Shown here: piece by piece, positions 22,881-36,659 of the stretch
How positions within the stretch are numbered: position 1 is the first letter of the stretch
How the letters are laid out: each line of letters begins with the position of its first letter
From: Vicugna vicugna
Taxonomy: Eukaryota
Length of the DNA: 64,000 bases
Assembly: GCA_013265495.1 (NCBI GenBank)
Contig: MU058009.1
Location: 1,118,001-1,182,000, forward strand
Reading direction: 5' to 3'
Notes under the pieces: generated by a model
What the model was told of the DNA's origin: nothing
The model's input: only the letters and a program-made list of their open reading frames with translations
Databases searched by the model: none
Program-made: the position numbers and the translations under genes

Positions 22881-24091
22881 CGGGTCCAAGAACAGATGTA
22901 TGATGTGATTCTGACCCCAGGAATTTGAGAGACTATCTTTTGAGATGTTTGGAGAATTTTTTTTTTTTAGATGCAACCTGTACCCTTAAAGCTGCTGTCT
23001 GTCTCACAGAACGTGGTCACTTCAGGACACAAGGAGCGTAAGGCCGTCACTACTCTTGTTCTAGATGAGTAACTCTAAATTCACCGCCCGTGTTCCATAG
23101 CGTGGGTGCTGGGGAGATGCGCGTGTCCACAGAGATAGGATGTGTCATCAGATCAGGACACGGCCAGACTGAATAGCAGTGGGTTTGACTCTGCTGAGCC
23201 AGGACCAGAAAACTCATCGCAAAAGCAGCTCATTTGTTTGTTCAAAAAATATACCCTCGGAATGATCCTTGACTTTTCCTGGTGTGTGTGAACTTGTGAG
23301 GGCGTGATTTAGTTTTAGGAGACGGACTGTGCGAGTGTGTGTGTGTGTGTGACAGGCAACTGGGCTGCAAAGTAGGAGAGCGAGGTTACTGGTCCAGCTC
23401 TGCTCCTGAACAGCTGTGAGAGCCGAGAGCCATACATCCTCCCTCTCTGATTAATCTCCTAATTAGCAGCATAGAGGAGCTGAGCTAGATGATCTTGTAA
23501 GTCCCTTAGGGCTTCCAAAATCCTATGAATCTCCGATTATTACTATTTCTCGGGTAGCCCCATGAATCTATTACCGGAATATGTACAGTGCTGGTGCCTT
23601 TTTGCTCCCGCCCCTGGGGAGCAGAGAGCTCTTCCAAACACATAAAAGGAAGCGAGCAGGAGGATGGAGTTTGGTAAACAGAGCACCAAAAGCAGCCCCA
23701 GGACCACCAGCCTCTCCCGCCTGCCCTCAAAAGCCACACTGAAGTCAAACCAGCCAGAAACATGGCCGCTCCCCTTTGGTGGATATAGTTGACAAGTAAG
23801 CTGGGAGAAAAGCAGGGCCATTGTCAATGTGCCATGAAATATTAATGAGTATAGTTTGGAGATAAGATTTTTTAAGTGGCGCTATACCCATCAAAGGGTT
23901 TTCAATATCCAATCAACTGGTAAATCTTTTGAAGTAAAAGTTAAAGGGAAAAAGTCACATTTCTTCCCATACCTTTCTCAGTGAATAATGGCTGGTTCTC
24001 TTTATCTTTTTAGTTTAGATTGAAGATTGTCACAGTGCTGTTCTGTCCCCTGCTTTGCTCAGCTTATATACCTCAAGCCTTGTTTTTCCTT

Positions 24092-24112
24092 NNNNNNNNN
24101 NNNNNNNNNNNN
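24092..24112. other. Assembly gap (21 N)
   Basis: Run of n seen directly. Confidence 1.
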
Positions 24113-24122
24113 CTTTCTTTCT

Positions 24123-24158
<36 letters not shown>

Positions 24159-24245
24159 TCCTTCTTTCTTTCTTTTTCTTTCTTTCTTCTTCCTTCCTTT
24201 CTTCCCTTTTTCTCTTTTTCTTCCTTCCTTCCTTTCTTTCTCTCT
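24113..24245. repeat. (TTTC)n / pyrimidine-rich microsatellite abutting the gap
   Basis: Seen directly; explains the F/L/S-rich ORFs. Confidence 0.95.
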
Positions 24246-25329
24246 AAATTCAGTATATTTTCAAGTTAATTTGAAGATATTTCTTAGATGTTTTTTCTTC
24301 AAATTTCCCCCAATTTTTGTTTTTCACTGTTTATCTCTTGCTTTTCTTGGATACAGGGCATTCCACCACTGCAGAGACTCCCTGGTGGACAATAACACAA
24401 ACATGTGTCCCCACGCAACTGCCACTTAGGGGCATAAACAGGAAGATATGGAGTTCCACTTATTTATTACGGGAACTGGGAAAACGCCAGTACTGACATG
24501 CGCTGTGGCGGCATTCTCCAGACGTTGACAACTCTGGCTTGGTTTTGGGACTGCTGGTGATTATTTTCTCTTCCAATGTAGTCATAACACCTGAAGGGAA
24601 TCTTCGGTCCCCAAGCATGAAAGATGCAGAGAAATGGTGAATTGAAAGGCCCTATGGGTACAAGTCTAAGTTGACTATGACTGTGACGGTGACATTCATT
24701 TCCTGCCTGCTGCCAGTACTGAAACCATGGTTAGACAGAAGAGCAGCAGTTAATTGCCTCAGGGAAAAGGTCCCTGCATTAATTGTCACGTTAAAGTTCA
24801 CATCACATTAAAGCTTTCAGCTCAGGTTTATCTTAGCAGCTGGACTCAGAGGAGCCGTGGAATCTCCTGTCTGTACATAATGACTCTTCTCCAGAGAAAT
24901 CTTCCACTTCCATTGAGACTGGAATGGAAAACATTTGGCTTGAACTGTAGTTTGAAAACTTCAGCAGATCCGGGAAGCCTAGAGAGAGAGGAAACTGGAT
25001 TTTGTCAGAAAACAGATTTCAGTGACGTATACCAAAAAGAGCTAAGCTTCAAGATGCAGAGATTCAGGTGGGTTAACGTGACTGATAAAGGTGGTCCTGA
25101 ATTCTGTAACCAACTCACTACAGTGGTACTGATGGCAAAGACATCCAGTTTAGCAAAAAAACATGGGTGATGCCAACATGTAATGGGTTGGCTGGGTGGA
25201 TGTAGGGCTGGAGAGCCGGAAACAGTTGATAATGTTAACGACTTGGAGAGGGTAGAGAAAAGTGATCTTTTTTTTTTTTTATTTCAGTGCTCCATGTACA
25301 AGGTAATCTACAGAGTAAGAAGTCACAGA

Positions 25330-25555
25330 AAGTGGTGACGGATACCCTGGGCTCTAATCATGAGCTCAGGTTAATCATTAAATAGCACCATGTGATCTTG
25401 AACAAATCACATATTATCTTTGTGCCTCAGTTCCCCATATTTAAAATGAAAACAGTGTTATCCATCTTACAACTTTATTGTGTGTGTGTATTCAATGAAA
25501 CATTGTATGTCAAACAAATTTTAATACCATATAGATGGTAGGCACTCAACAATTT
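25330..25555 (+). mobile_element. MIR SINE
   Basis: 'tgtgatcttgaacaaatcac...tgtgcctcagttccccatatttaaaatg'. Confidence 0.75.
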
Positions 25556-25774
25556 TGAAACCTGATACTCTCTATCTGATACAGATCCTAATACATTCTC
25601 TCTGAATGCTCCTAACTGAAGTTAAATTAACTGTGTCCTGCTTGAGGTTGAGGTTTTTATATTTTTTTTCTAAGTGTGTATGAGGTTTGTTTCCAAATGA
25701 GAAATTCAGGTCCTTAAGGAATCATGCTATGTTGTCTGTTGCTTTAAATTTCTGCCAAAGACCCAAATAGTTCT

Positions 25775-26060
25775 ATTCAGCTCAATTTGTTTATAATTAG
25801 GGTGCTTCGTCTAGTACTAGGCATTCTACTGGGTACCACGAAATACACAACAATGAACAGGACTTAGGAATTGTCACAAGGAAATAGAATATTTATTTGA
25901 GAACTAGCTAATTATATTAAAAGAAGACTGTGACTCAACATCATGGAACAGATGAGATTAATATCCAGTGGGAGTCATGAGGAAGAAAAAAAATGAATTC
26001 CTTCTCGTGAGACAGGGGAAGGCTTTTAGAAGAGGGGATATTTATGCTCGACCTTACAGG
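25775..26060 (-). mobile_element. L2 3' fragment
   Basis: 'tactaggcattctactgggtacc...aatgaacaggac', 'ggggaaggcttttagaagagg'. Confidence 0.55.
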
Positions 26061-27379
26061 AAAGACATTTTTCAGACCTCTGTTTCACCCTCTGCCCTTC
26101 TGAAAGAGGTAAAGGTAATAGTTCTTTGAATCATACTGAATTGCTGGTGGTCAAGGGTGACACCAATGCACAGTGTTGGGTCCTGGTTTCTACATCTTCC
26201 ATCTTCACAGTGCGGGAAGAGTATTTGATGGTCATTCAGTCCATACTCCTGTTTCCATGTGAGGCATTCAGTCCTTCACAAGTGGTTGTTTGATTTTATA
26301 TTTCCATGCAGCTTCTCAGACTCTGCTGTAATTGAAAACCAATTTCCTCTCATTCAGTGACAGGTCACTGTCTACTGTAACTCTTCACACTCCAGAAGAA
26401 AATCAGCTTTTATATATTTTTTCCTGTAGTTAATTGCAATTCTCTTTAACTTGACCTTTTAAAGAAAGGGGAATACATTCTATTTCCAATTCACTATTCA
26501 TCTTGGGGTGGCTTCCCGAAACATTCTCAGCTCGTCCAAATCACCTGTACATTGGAAGCAAACAGAATTGGACCTTGGACACTGGGGACACGGAAGCCAA
26601 GATTTAGAACAAGGAAATGGATTGTCCTCATCTTCACGCTACTCATCGCCTACCCATTATTCCATATGAGCACAGCAAGATCCAAGCTACCTTAAAAAAT
26701 ACGACCCTATAGACCCTCAGTGAGTTGGCTTAAATTTAAGTGGACCATCCAGCCTTCTGTGTCTCGCTTGCCCCCTCAGTGGAGGGTGTGGCATTGCGCT
26801 CTCGGCATCAAATGCAGCTGAGAAGCAAATCAGACTTTGCTCGCCTCCTGCAGCCTTTCTCCCTCCTGGCTTAAATGTGTTTCCCGTTTGGAATAAAGCG
26901 TTGAGATAGTCATCTCCTTATGTGGCTCTTTGGGGTATTTGAGGTTTTATTCACCTGAGTGGTTTTCCTTAAGCCCGCAGGAAGAAAGAATGAAAGCAAG
27001 CTACTGGCAGGCTTAGCACCACCTCTTTTTGGTTAAAGAACAAGAAACTACAAGTGTCAGTCTGCAAGGACTTGGTGACCATGTTAATGCTTTAGCCGCA
27101 CGAAGGTGCAGACACGGTGCGCCGGCGCTCAGCTGGGTGGGGTCTGGGGTAACGTCACTTACAGTATCAACAGACCTTCACACTCTCCAAAAAGGACTGT
27201 TCCCTGCATTTGTAGAGGGAGGTGGGGGTTATTATCTCTGGTCATAATATTTATCATATTTATTATGGTTGTTACAAGAGTGGGAAAATCAACCACCAGA
27301 AATTCATCTTTCCTAAATAAGTCCCTAGGAGCATGGCTACATTTTAGGGTAAAGGCTAAGGCAAAAAGGCTTCCTGGAT

Positions 27380-27555
27380 CTGTGTAAAATGTCCTGGGCT
27401 GGGAATCAAAGGATCTGCTACTAATTAGCTAAACAAGCGTAGGTGGGTCATATCATCCATTTGAGTCGCGGTTTCCTTTCCCTGAGAAGGGACACTAATC
27501 TCCCTCCTCCTTAACAATCAAGGATATTGTGGGCCTTGTATGATGCAAAAGAGGT
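27380..27555 (+). mobile_element. MIR SINE (degenerate)
   Basis: 'ctgggctgggaatcaaagga...ctgctactaattagct...gtttcct'. Confidence 0.5.
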
Positions 27556-28394
27556 TACAAATAGATGATATAAAAGTCCTAGCAGAAAATTAAGTGTTTT
27601 CTTTTTCTCTGTTGTCCTGATAGAGTCACTCAGACGTCTTCCTCCATCGGCTTCTCCATCTCCACATAAAGGTGTTGCAGATGTAAAGATACCAGGTGTA
27701 CCTTCAGGATGCATCGTTTGGAAACAGAATAATGCTCAGAAATTATTGGGCTGAGGATCCTGGACTTGAGGAAAAGACAGTCCAGGGGCTTCTGCTAAAT
27801 ATACATTCCTCAAGGGATGTCATTAGAATTAAAAAGACAGGAAGAAATAATCATATGACATCTTGAACCAAAAAGAGATTTGCATCAATGAAAGTCTCTA
27901 GAGTAAATCAGATGGATCATGAAATAACCCAAGAGGGCTCCGTCTGCGGTGACTGAAGCACGTGTACCTGCAAAAAGTGACGAAGGTGATGACAGCGTTG
28001 TTGCTCCTTCTTGTTGGCAGGAGGTACGAGAGCTCCTCACCCCCAGCTTGACAAGGAATGGAACACTATTCCTGGTCTTCAGTATGACCCATGTTTGGAG
28101 CAGAGAAAGGAAAGTAGTGTTTCCTTAGGGGCTGGAGATTAGTGGGCCTTGTTTCAGAAATCCCTGCAGATCGTTTGATTTTACAGCTGGGCTTGCTAAA
28201 TCCTCCCCCTCAGGCACACACCGACTGTGCACAGCCAGCCAGGTGTTCACTGGTGCCTGAGAGCAAGATTCTGTGACTTTCATTCTGGCTTCCATCTGAT
28301 TGGAATCACAGTCTACAGAAGTCTTGATCAGAGGTGGGTCTTCTCACAGTGCAGAGTTTCACAGTGCAAAGAATGGGCTTTGAGTAGAATATGG

Positions 28395-28600
28395 ACTAGA
28401 GCCCGGACTTTGGAGTCAGACAAATGTAGAATCAAACTATAGTTCTACCAATTATGTAGCAAACTCCTTGTTGTCTCTGTGCCTCAATGTCTCTGTCAGT
28501 TGACAGTAATCATGTCTTCCCTCTGCAGTTGTAAGGATTAAGAGCATCTCGGCACACTTTCTGGCACAGCTAAGAAGTTCTGAGTCATAGTTTCCTTCTC
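28395..28600 (+). mobile_element. MIR SINE
   Basis: 'ggactttggagtcagacaaa', 'tctctgtgcctca', 'ctggcacagctaag'. Confidence 0.7.
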
Positions 28601-29439
28601 TTTCATGCAATGTTTATGACTAGTTGGCACAGAGCAGCTACCTTGCCGGTGGGAACAATTGTTACAGCTGCATTTGTACAGAGGCAAGAGAAAACATAAT
28701 TTGTGCTTAATAAAATGATATCTTAGACTATTCCTAAAGGAGCAATAATCTGAATTCTCTAAATATGGCAAGCATATTATTAAGCAGCTTTCAAGAAGCC
28801 ACAACTTTGTTTTTGTCCTTTTTTGTTTGCTTCTTTGTTTATTTTTCTGTGTGTAAACTAACGGTGGTGTTCGCATTATTATTTGGAAAACTTCACTCCC
28901 AGCAGTGGTAAGTGTCTCCCAAGCATCTAAGTAGCCCTAGGTCTTTCGAGAAGTGTTGTCCGTGTGATCAGCCTCCAACTCTTTTGAGATGAACTAGAGT
29001 TAAGGTAACTGCTTCCATCAGGAAATGGATTACACATTTCTGGCATAATTGGCCCCATTTTTAGAATTAGAAGATGAGGGTGAGGAACGGGATCTGTAGT
29101 CCATGTGCTTGCCGGAATAGGGGTGTGAAAGCCATACGTGACTGCACCCCTGTACACATCTATTTCGGCAACTCCTTCTCATTCCCAGCTCTGGAATTTT
29201 ATTCTCGTCTCTCACTACCTGCTGATTGCTCCTCAACCCTACCTCCAGTCAAGTACACTCACTTCTCTATCCTTTATTGATAAACAAGCTCTGCGGGCTT
29301 GCGTGCACTGCCCACTCACATAAAGTTCAGGATGCCTTAACAAGATGAAATTGAAGGTCTCTGTAATCTTTCAGAGGACAAGTTAGTATAAATATCAAAA
29401 GCCCGCACAGAAGACCCTCGCACGTAACTTGATGAGGTA

Positions 29440-29650
29440 GTTTGAGGAATAGAGAGAACATAGGTTCTAGCCTGGGTCAGACTTGGATTTAAATTCTCTT
29501 TCTGTCATTTCATGGTCGTGTGCCTTTGGACAAGTCATTTAAGCCTCTGATACTCAGTGTCTTATTTCATTTTTTAATGTGGAGACCAGAAGAGCAGTAC
29601 GATCATGATGAACTGTATAAAACACCGTTATGGTGCCCCTCATAGCAAGC
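29440..29650 (+). mobile_element. MIR SINE
   Basis: 'gtcagacttggatttaaattc...tgtgcctttggacaagtcatttaagcctctga'. Confidence 0.7.
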
Positions 29651-30384
29651 CTCTCATATGTCTCAGTTTGGTTTTCTCTTCATTAATTAACCTAATTAGC
29701 ATATTTTCATTGTATGTGTCTATTGTTAGCATTTGGGATGGAAAGGATGGCATGGTGGCAGTTCTTCTGAAGGAGAGGGGGCTTACAATGGTGGCAGAGT
29801 CCAGGAAACCCTCAACGATTCCAGGAAAGATGAGGGGAGAGTAATTATGGATCAAGAGATTGACATGAGAAGATGCTCATCATTGAAGGGAAAAGAAGGA
29901 AAGGTGTTCATATGAAAGTCAGTGAGTGTACAGGGTTCAGGGATGGAAAGTCCTGCAGACAATACTCTGTCATGTTCCGGACTTGAAGGCCTCAGAGAGT
30001 TTGAGGCATGGTTTTGTAAAACAGAGATGTGAACAGAGACCCTATAGGAAGTCCATTATTGCTTTCAGAAGCCCTGTTCATCTGGTCTCTAGAGACCTCC
30101 TATGATGACACATAGTTACAAACCCTCTTGGGTCTCCGATGGGGTGGTGTGTTGAGAGGAGAAGGAAGGACAAATGGAGATTAGACTTGATGGGGAGTCC
30201 ACAAAGCTCACTGGACTACAAGTTCCCATGTCAAAGCAAGTCCTCTGCTTTTCCCAAACACAGAGGCACGTGTCTTCTCTGAGCATCTCTAAGGGATCAG
30301 GAAGTTCCCCACAGTACCTTGAGAAATGGAGAGAGAATTTGAAGAATTTTCATGGTTCCTAATAAGTCTTCTTAGAGATAAGCG

Positions 30385-30580
30385 CCTCTTAGATTTAGAC
30401 ATACCTGGGTTCAAGTCACTGCTCTGTTCCTTGACAGCTGTGTGACCTTGTACACGTTTATTTAATTTCATGTTTCATACCATAAAATGGAGATAATAAA
30501 TGAGATAATATGTTTAACATACTCCAGAACCTGGCATTCAGTATACAGAAGGCAGAAGACATTGTGATTATTATTAATTT
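30385..30580 (+). mobile_element. MIR SINE
   Basis: 'acctgggttcaagtcactgctctg...agctgtgtgaccttg...taaaatggagataa'. Confidence 0.8.
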
Positions 30581-31259
30581 GTTCCTGAAATTATCTTCAT
30601 TCTGGATCTGTTAAGGAACGAGCCCATTTTAGAGATTAAATCTATTAAAGAGAAACTAAAAAGTAAAATGGGGGAGGAGAAAGGAAAGCTCGGGAAAGTT
30701 GAGTGAGGTGAGCTAGTCTGGTGGAGCTGATGAAAGGCCTTAATGCCAGAAAGAAGGGTTAAAACCTGGTATATTTGGTGGGAAGTGGCTCAGCAAGGCT
30801 TGGGGTAGGATGGGGGGATAAAGGGAAGAGACGTGTTTAAAACAACAGGCAAAGAAGATGCTTTTAACATTTCATACCTTCCGTCTCAGTGGAATTTGCA
30901 GAATTAATGCATTAATATCTACAAAATACTTAGAGATCATCAAATCAAAGAACTATAGAAATCCCACCTAGTGTTATAATTTTATTAAACATTTGCTGAA
31001 CATGATACAGAATATATAGGTAACTATATTTTCTACCCAGAGGGTTTAGAATGTAATTGCAATGTTTTTTTTAATCATCTTGGGAGCAGAGGGAATTCTA
31101 GCTAAATAATCTGTTTGAAATATCTCTGAAGGACTCAGATGAATATTGCATCTTGTCACCATAATTTGCTTCCTGAATTCTGGAACATAATTGTAGTGTT
31201 GTCACTGTATGATGCTAAGTACCAAAGCTGATGCTAACGATAGTAATAAAAACCAAAGA

Positions 31260-31420
31260 AATAATATGCCAGACACTCTGGTAGGTACTCCATGTATGTC
31301 ACCTATAATACTGAAAACAAATCCTGCGAGCCAGGATCAATATTCCTATTCTAGAGATGAGGAACTTGAGACTTGGGGAAGTTATCCAATATTACACAGC
31401 TAGGGAGTGAGGCATTTGAT
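31260..31420 (-). mobile_element. MIR SINE
   Basis: 'atgccagacactctg...tattctagagatgaggaacttgag...acacagctag'. Confidence 0.7.
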
Positions 31421-31539
31421 CCTGTAAACCAGCAAAGACTGGCTCCTGCCTCGTGTTTTTTTCACCATCACGTAAGACAGTTGGGCACCCTAGGACGATA
31501 ACAAGAGCAGGGTGACCGAGTCTGTATCTTAAACTACAA

Positions 31540-31711
31540 GTTCTTCATGCAGTTTCCATAAACCCTCTCTAAAGGGTTCATGGAATGCCATGCAATTCTT
31601 TACAACCTCATATATCTAATGTGTTTATGCATTTCCCTAGGGAGTGGGTCTAGAAACTTCATCAGATTCTTAAAGGAGTTCATAACCCAAATAAGGGTAA
31701 GAACTCCCCTG
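31540..31711. mobile_element. MER103C-like hAT-Charlie MITE
   Basis: 'cttcatcagattcttaaaggagttcataacccaaataagggtaagaac' matches the recalled terminus. Confidence 0.65.
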
Positions 31712-31999
31712 CCCACCTTGTGCTAACTGTATTTTGGGCGGGGATCAGAAATACGCTTAGCGCGAGCCTAACCCTTAACAACTCAGCTCAGAAATGAGGG
31801 TAGTGAGGTGTGTGTCTGGGGGCTGCCAGGAGTGGGGGTGGGTAGCAGATTCAGGATCTTCCTTGCAGTTTTCCTCAACTGACTCCAAAACCCCCTATTT
31901 TTCAACCTTCTCTTGTGAGCCACAGATACGGACGAAACTGCCAAAGCATGTACCCTGCCTGCTCCCAGGTTCTAGCTCTTCCGTTACATGTTTCCTGAC

Positions 32000-32210
32000 T
32001 CCCATGGAAGAGATAACTCCACCCTCATGTGTGTGCATCTCAGTATAAACCCTTATTCAAGACATTAAGTTGCACTGTAATTATTTGTGTATGTGTTCAC
32101 CCCGTTCATCAGACTGCATTTTCCCTAGGCAAAAACTGTATCATATTCATTTTCTTATTTTTATATAGATAGCATAGTGCCTAGAATACAGTCAGTACTT
32201 AACAGGAAGT
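32000..32210 (+). mobile_element. L2 3' end
   Basis: 'ttgcactgtaattatttgtgt...agactgcat...agcatagtgcctagaatacagtcagtactt'. Confidence 0.65.
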
Positions 32211-34679
32211 TAATATTCAATTTGTTGTGCAGATAGATGGATAGAGAAGTTAACAAGGGAATACTTAACAGTCTCGAAAGCTAAGACGTTGAAGGGCATA
32301 TATTAGTTGATGAGAACTCACTAATTTGGGGTCAAGTTATGCATAGACTAATGCTGGTAAAATCGGTGATGAGTGTGGGAAGAGAGTACACATCACACAT
32401 GGAGTGGTGTTTCCCTTATACGAATGAGTACAGAAGGATGATTTGGTATAATAGGATTTTGTAGAGGGTATTTAGGAGAATAAAGTTAGGTGATTGGAAA
32501 GCCATAGTGTGCTACGAAACATAGTAGCTTTCCAGCCCTCTGCAAAAGGCACACTGTAGCTGACTTTCCAGCTCCTGCTTTATGTAATTTGGCTTAGTAG
32601 AGAGTGAAAGTTTTTCACACTCACAAAAGCTTAATATTAGCATCTTAGTAATGCATTCAAGTTGCCACCTACCCAAATGGGCTACAGATCCTTGGAGGAG
32701 CCTAATAGAACAGAAGAATTCCTGTTATTTTAGAGTGTCTTTGACGGTGAAGAGGATAACAATCTTAAACAATCTTTCAGGCTTACGTTTAGTGAAAATT
32801 CCTGGCTCTTTAGCCTGGCTAATCTCTGCGTTATCTGTGTTTGAACAGAAAATGCTGTTATCTCTTATCCTATCTATTCCGGTGGTGAGCAATGGGTCCT
32901 CACTCGCTGCTGGAACCAGCACTGATGCAATCGGCCTCATCACCATGGGAACGCTGTCCTTCGGCAAAGATGAGAGTGAAGTCCACCCTAAAAGAGTCCA
33001 AGCTCTCTCTTGAAGTATAATCGGAATTCTCCAGTGGGATTTAGGTATAATCTGCGAGGGTTGACATGAAAGAATAAGTATTTCTGAATTTTACTGAAAG
33101 CCTGCTGAATTCTAAGACTTAAAAAAGAAAATCCTGTCTTCAAATAAAGAGATAAAAAGGGTATACTCTTACCAAGGCAGTTAGGTATTTACTGAGAAAG
33201 ATAATCTATGTTTTTACACTTTCCAGGGTGCACTAGACTAGCCTTCCAACCCTCCAGTAAGCCTCACTGCCTGGCATCTCAAGAGAATAAAACCCTAGAA
33301 CAGAGAAAAGCTTTCTGGACTGTTTTCCTATAACTCTCCTGATCTTTGAGGCTGTAAAACAGCTGTACATTTGCTGCTCTTTGGCAAAGCATACTGACTT
33401 CATGAATATGGGGTTAATTTTTTTTTTCATTTGTTCATTGAGGTAGGAAAGTTCTGAGCCTTTCACCTAGGAAAAAAATAAAGATTTTTGTGGCATGAGT
33501 GATAACAATTCAGTCCCTAAACAGTTATGTTATACATTCCTTGAATTCAGTGACTTCTAGGAAAACCCCATCTGTGTTAACACCGAAATTACGAAGATAA
33601 TGATTTTTTTTTTTTGCATTAGTCTCATCTTTAAAGTTTCACATCTGCAGGGAGACCATTTATCCCATTTTTTCCTGTAATGTCAGAAGCCATGGATAAG
33701 CCCGTGGAAAACTGTCAGTATTGACAACATCTTCTTTGCACCCCAAGAAATTTCCTAGCTGGTGGTTTCCGCAGCCAGTGGATCCCTGACAGCAGGCAGA
33801 GTCCTTTGAAGGGTGGAGCAAATGACCCTGCTGTGGAAGCTGAAAAGTGAGAACCAAGGGACTAGATCTACGCCTTCTAGGGTTTGGGGTCTCTGACTTT
33901 GAGTCCAGTATCTGAGAAAGCTGACAGGTTAAGGAAATAAAAGTACTTTTTAAGGGCAAGACATCACTCGCCTGTTAAGTCTGGGAAAAATATCCCCCAG
34001 GCTCAGGCTCAGAGAAGTGCAGCAACTTAACTTCAAATCACAGAAGTGATGGATGATGGAACAGGACTCAACTCTGCACTGAAAAATCCACGCTAGTAAA
34101 TTTGCCCTTTAATAGAAGACCAGAAACTGTGGAGAGCTGCTCTTGAGTTTTATCTGGGCAGCATTCTGGTGTGTGAGCTGTTTACCACATTTCCTTTATC
34201 CTCCCAGCCTTGCTACCTGTTGTCTCTTCATCTTCACAAAAGCAACAGCAGCATCAGGGAGGCATAGATCGTCTTATTCTTGCCAACATTAATAAGAGAC
34301 AGTAAAGGGCAGTAAAGCATATCCAGCAAACTCAATCTTCAAAAAATACCTAAACTTTAATTTAACTTCAACAGTGAACCTAGCTGAATTTTTAAAACCA
34401 ACTAATTTGAGGAAGCTTTTGAAATTTTGCACTTACTTGAAGATTATAGGAAATTGAATTAAGAGGCTCTTTGCCCTCTGCTAGCCGGGATGTAGATCAG
34501 GGCTCAGACTGGCTGCTGCCTTATGTTGGCAAAGTAGTTCGGGCAGTTCATCCACAATCTGCCTTTTGATCTGTAACACAGAGGTAAGGACTCATGATTG
34601 GTTTAGTTTCACTGATTGGACGCTCAAGTGCCTGTGGGAACTAGAACGCTATGACATTGCAGACACAGTTCAATACTCT

Positions 34680-35170
34680 GTCCACAGGACTGCCAAACAG
34701 GAATCCTTCTAAAATGCGAACCTGATCATTACCCCATCCCTATCCCCCACCTTAACCCCCTTTAGCGGCCTCCTTTTCCCATCAGAACGATGCCAGACTC
34801 CTCTTTCTGACATTTAAGCTGACCACAACCTGGCCTCTAGTCAGACCACCGCCTACCCTCCCTTCCACGCAACCAGCACTCGCCCCTTAAATGCTGTTCC
34901 TTCGCAAATATAGACTCTCCGCATGGAATGTCGTCCTTCTGACTCCTCCACTTCCAAGGTCAGCAATTCCAGGAAGCCTCCCCCTGTCTGAGATGGGGCT
35001 TCTCTTGTACTATTACAGCGCCTTGTGTATGACACTCATCACACTCTGCTGTGATCAGTGATTTTCTTACCACTGTTACTCCAAGAGCTCTTTGAGAGCA
35101 AGGGGTATCTCCTATTCCATTGCATCTTCCAGGTATCTACCTTGATATGGAGTAAAACAGTAAATGGATA
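34680..35170 (+). mobile_element. L2 fragment
   Basis: 'aaaatgcgaacctgatcatt', 'aatgctgttccttc', 'ttccaggaagcctcc', 'gagctctttgagagcaagg'. Confidence 0.65.
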
Positions 35171-35719
35171 CTGCAAAACACGTGTACTCCAGACATATTT
35201 TGTGACTCATGAAATTGGTTAAGTTGGCATTTGCTGTTCAGTTCAGGTACAGACGGGATTCGCAAGGGGTGAGCTGCTGCAAGGATGAGGCTGAATAAAA
35301 AGAAGGGTGGGTGAGTATAGACTCCAGGAGGCGGCATGTAAAATTCAAAAGGTTTCAGCTGGTGAGCTGATGGGTGAGGACTGACGTCCAAGTCCAGGAA
35401 GCCAGTCCAATGTCAGTACCAGCACGTTAGGGAATAATAGAAGGAGACACACTACTTACTGAGAAAACACCAACAGAGAAAACTGCCACATAGAGAGAAA
35501 CTTAGCAAACGGTGGCCATTTTCAATCAGTCATAGATGTTTAAGGCAAACTTTTCACCTCCAGAAATCCGTTTATTTATTTTCCCCGCAAATCAGTTCCT
35601 TCTTTAGGCTTCACTTTCTCCTCAGCAGACCACTGTCCTCCTAGTCACCTACGAACATAAATTTGGAGACTTTAGAGCTTGTTTCATGCTTTTATTTCCA
35701 GCCATTAAGGATAACAAAA

Positions 35720-35975
35720 ATAATAATTATAAGAATAAGAAGCAGCGTTCATAGATGCTTTCTATGTTCTAGGCACCATTTAAGTTTTAACTCATTAAAG
35801 ATACACAAAAACCCATTTGAGATTGACAGCCCCATTTTTAGAACGAGAAAACTGAAGCAATGAGACAATAAATTAACTTTCTAAAGTCACACACTTAATA
35901 AATAATGGATCCAAGATTTGCAGCCAGCCAGTCTGTTTCTAGAACTCAAACACTTAAGTGCAACGTTTTACTGCT
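35720..35975 (-). mobile_element. MIR SINE inserted in L2 sequence (about 35500-36120)
   Basis: 'tatgttctaggcacc', 'cccatttttagaacgagaaaactgaagca', 'ctaaagtcacaca'. Confidence 0.75.
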
Positions 35976-36288
35976 GCTAACTTTTTGTTATTTTAATGCT
36001 AAAATATACCCCATTTCTTTTCTCAAGTTGACATTACCACATACACTGCTTTTATTACAACCCTGCTAATCGACCTCTAGCCCAGTGCCTCTGCCGTGGT
36101 CTCCCTGTGCTCTGTGTATCCCTTGGTGGGACTGGGAAGGCAACACGCTGTTGGTGGAAGAAAGACTCAATAGAGAAAGAAACAGTGTAGCTACAATACA
36201 GCTGGTAATTATATTATAAATTATAAGGCAGTTTTGAGGTCAATTATAACAATCATATGCTAAAGGCAAGTAGTTTTGATTCACCTAC

Positions 36289-36654
36289 TGCTATAGACTG
36301 AATGTTTGTACCTCCCCAAAACTCATATGTTGAAACCCAATTCCCAGTGTGACGGTAATTGGATATGAGGATATTGGGAGGTGATGAGGTCATGAGAGTG
36401 GAGCTCTCATGAATGGGATAGTTGCCCTGATGAAAGAGGCCCCAGAGAGCTCCCTCATGCCTTCTGCCATGTTAGGTTACAGCAAGAAGGCAGACATCTA
36501 TGAATTAGAAAGTAGACCCTCACCAGACGATGATCTTTCCAGGACCTTGATCTGAGACTTCCTAGTCTCCAGAACTGTGAGAAATAAACTCCTGTTGCCT
36601 GTAAGCCACCCTGTCTGTGATATTCTGCCATAGCAGCCTGAAAGGAGTAAGTCA
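36289..36654 (+). mobile_element. MLT1A0-like MaLR solo LTR with 5-bp TSD
   Basis: TG...CA termini, flanks CCTAC/CCTAG, typical MLT1A body ('ctcatgaatgggat', 'ctccagaactgtgagaaataaa'). Confidence 0.9.
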
Positions 36655-36659
36655 CCTAG

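Noticed and set aside
24020..24429. Hydrophobic F/L/S-rich ORFs as membrane proteins
   Set aside because: Translations of a (TTTC)n repeat across an N gap.
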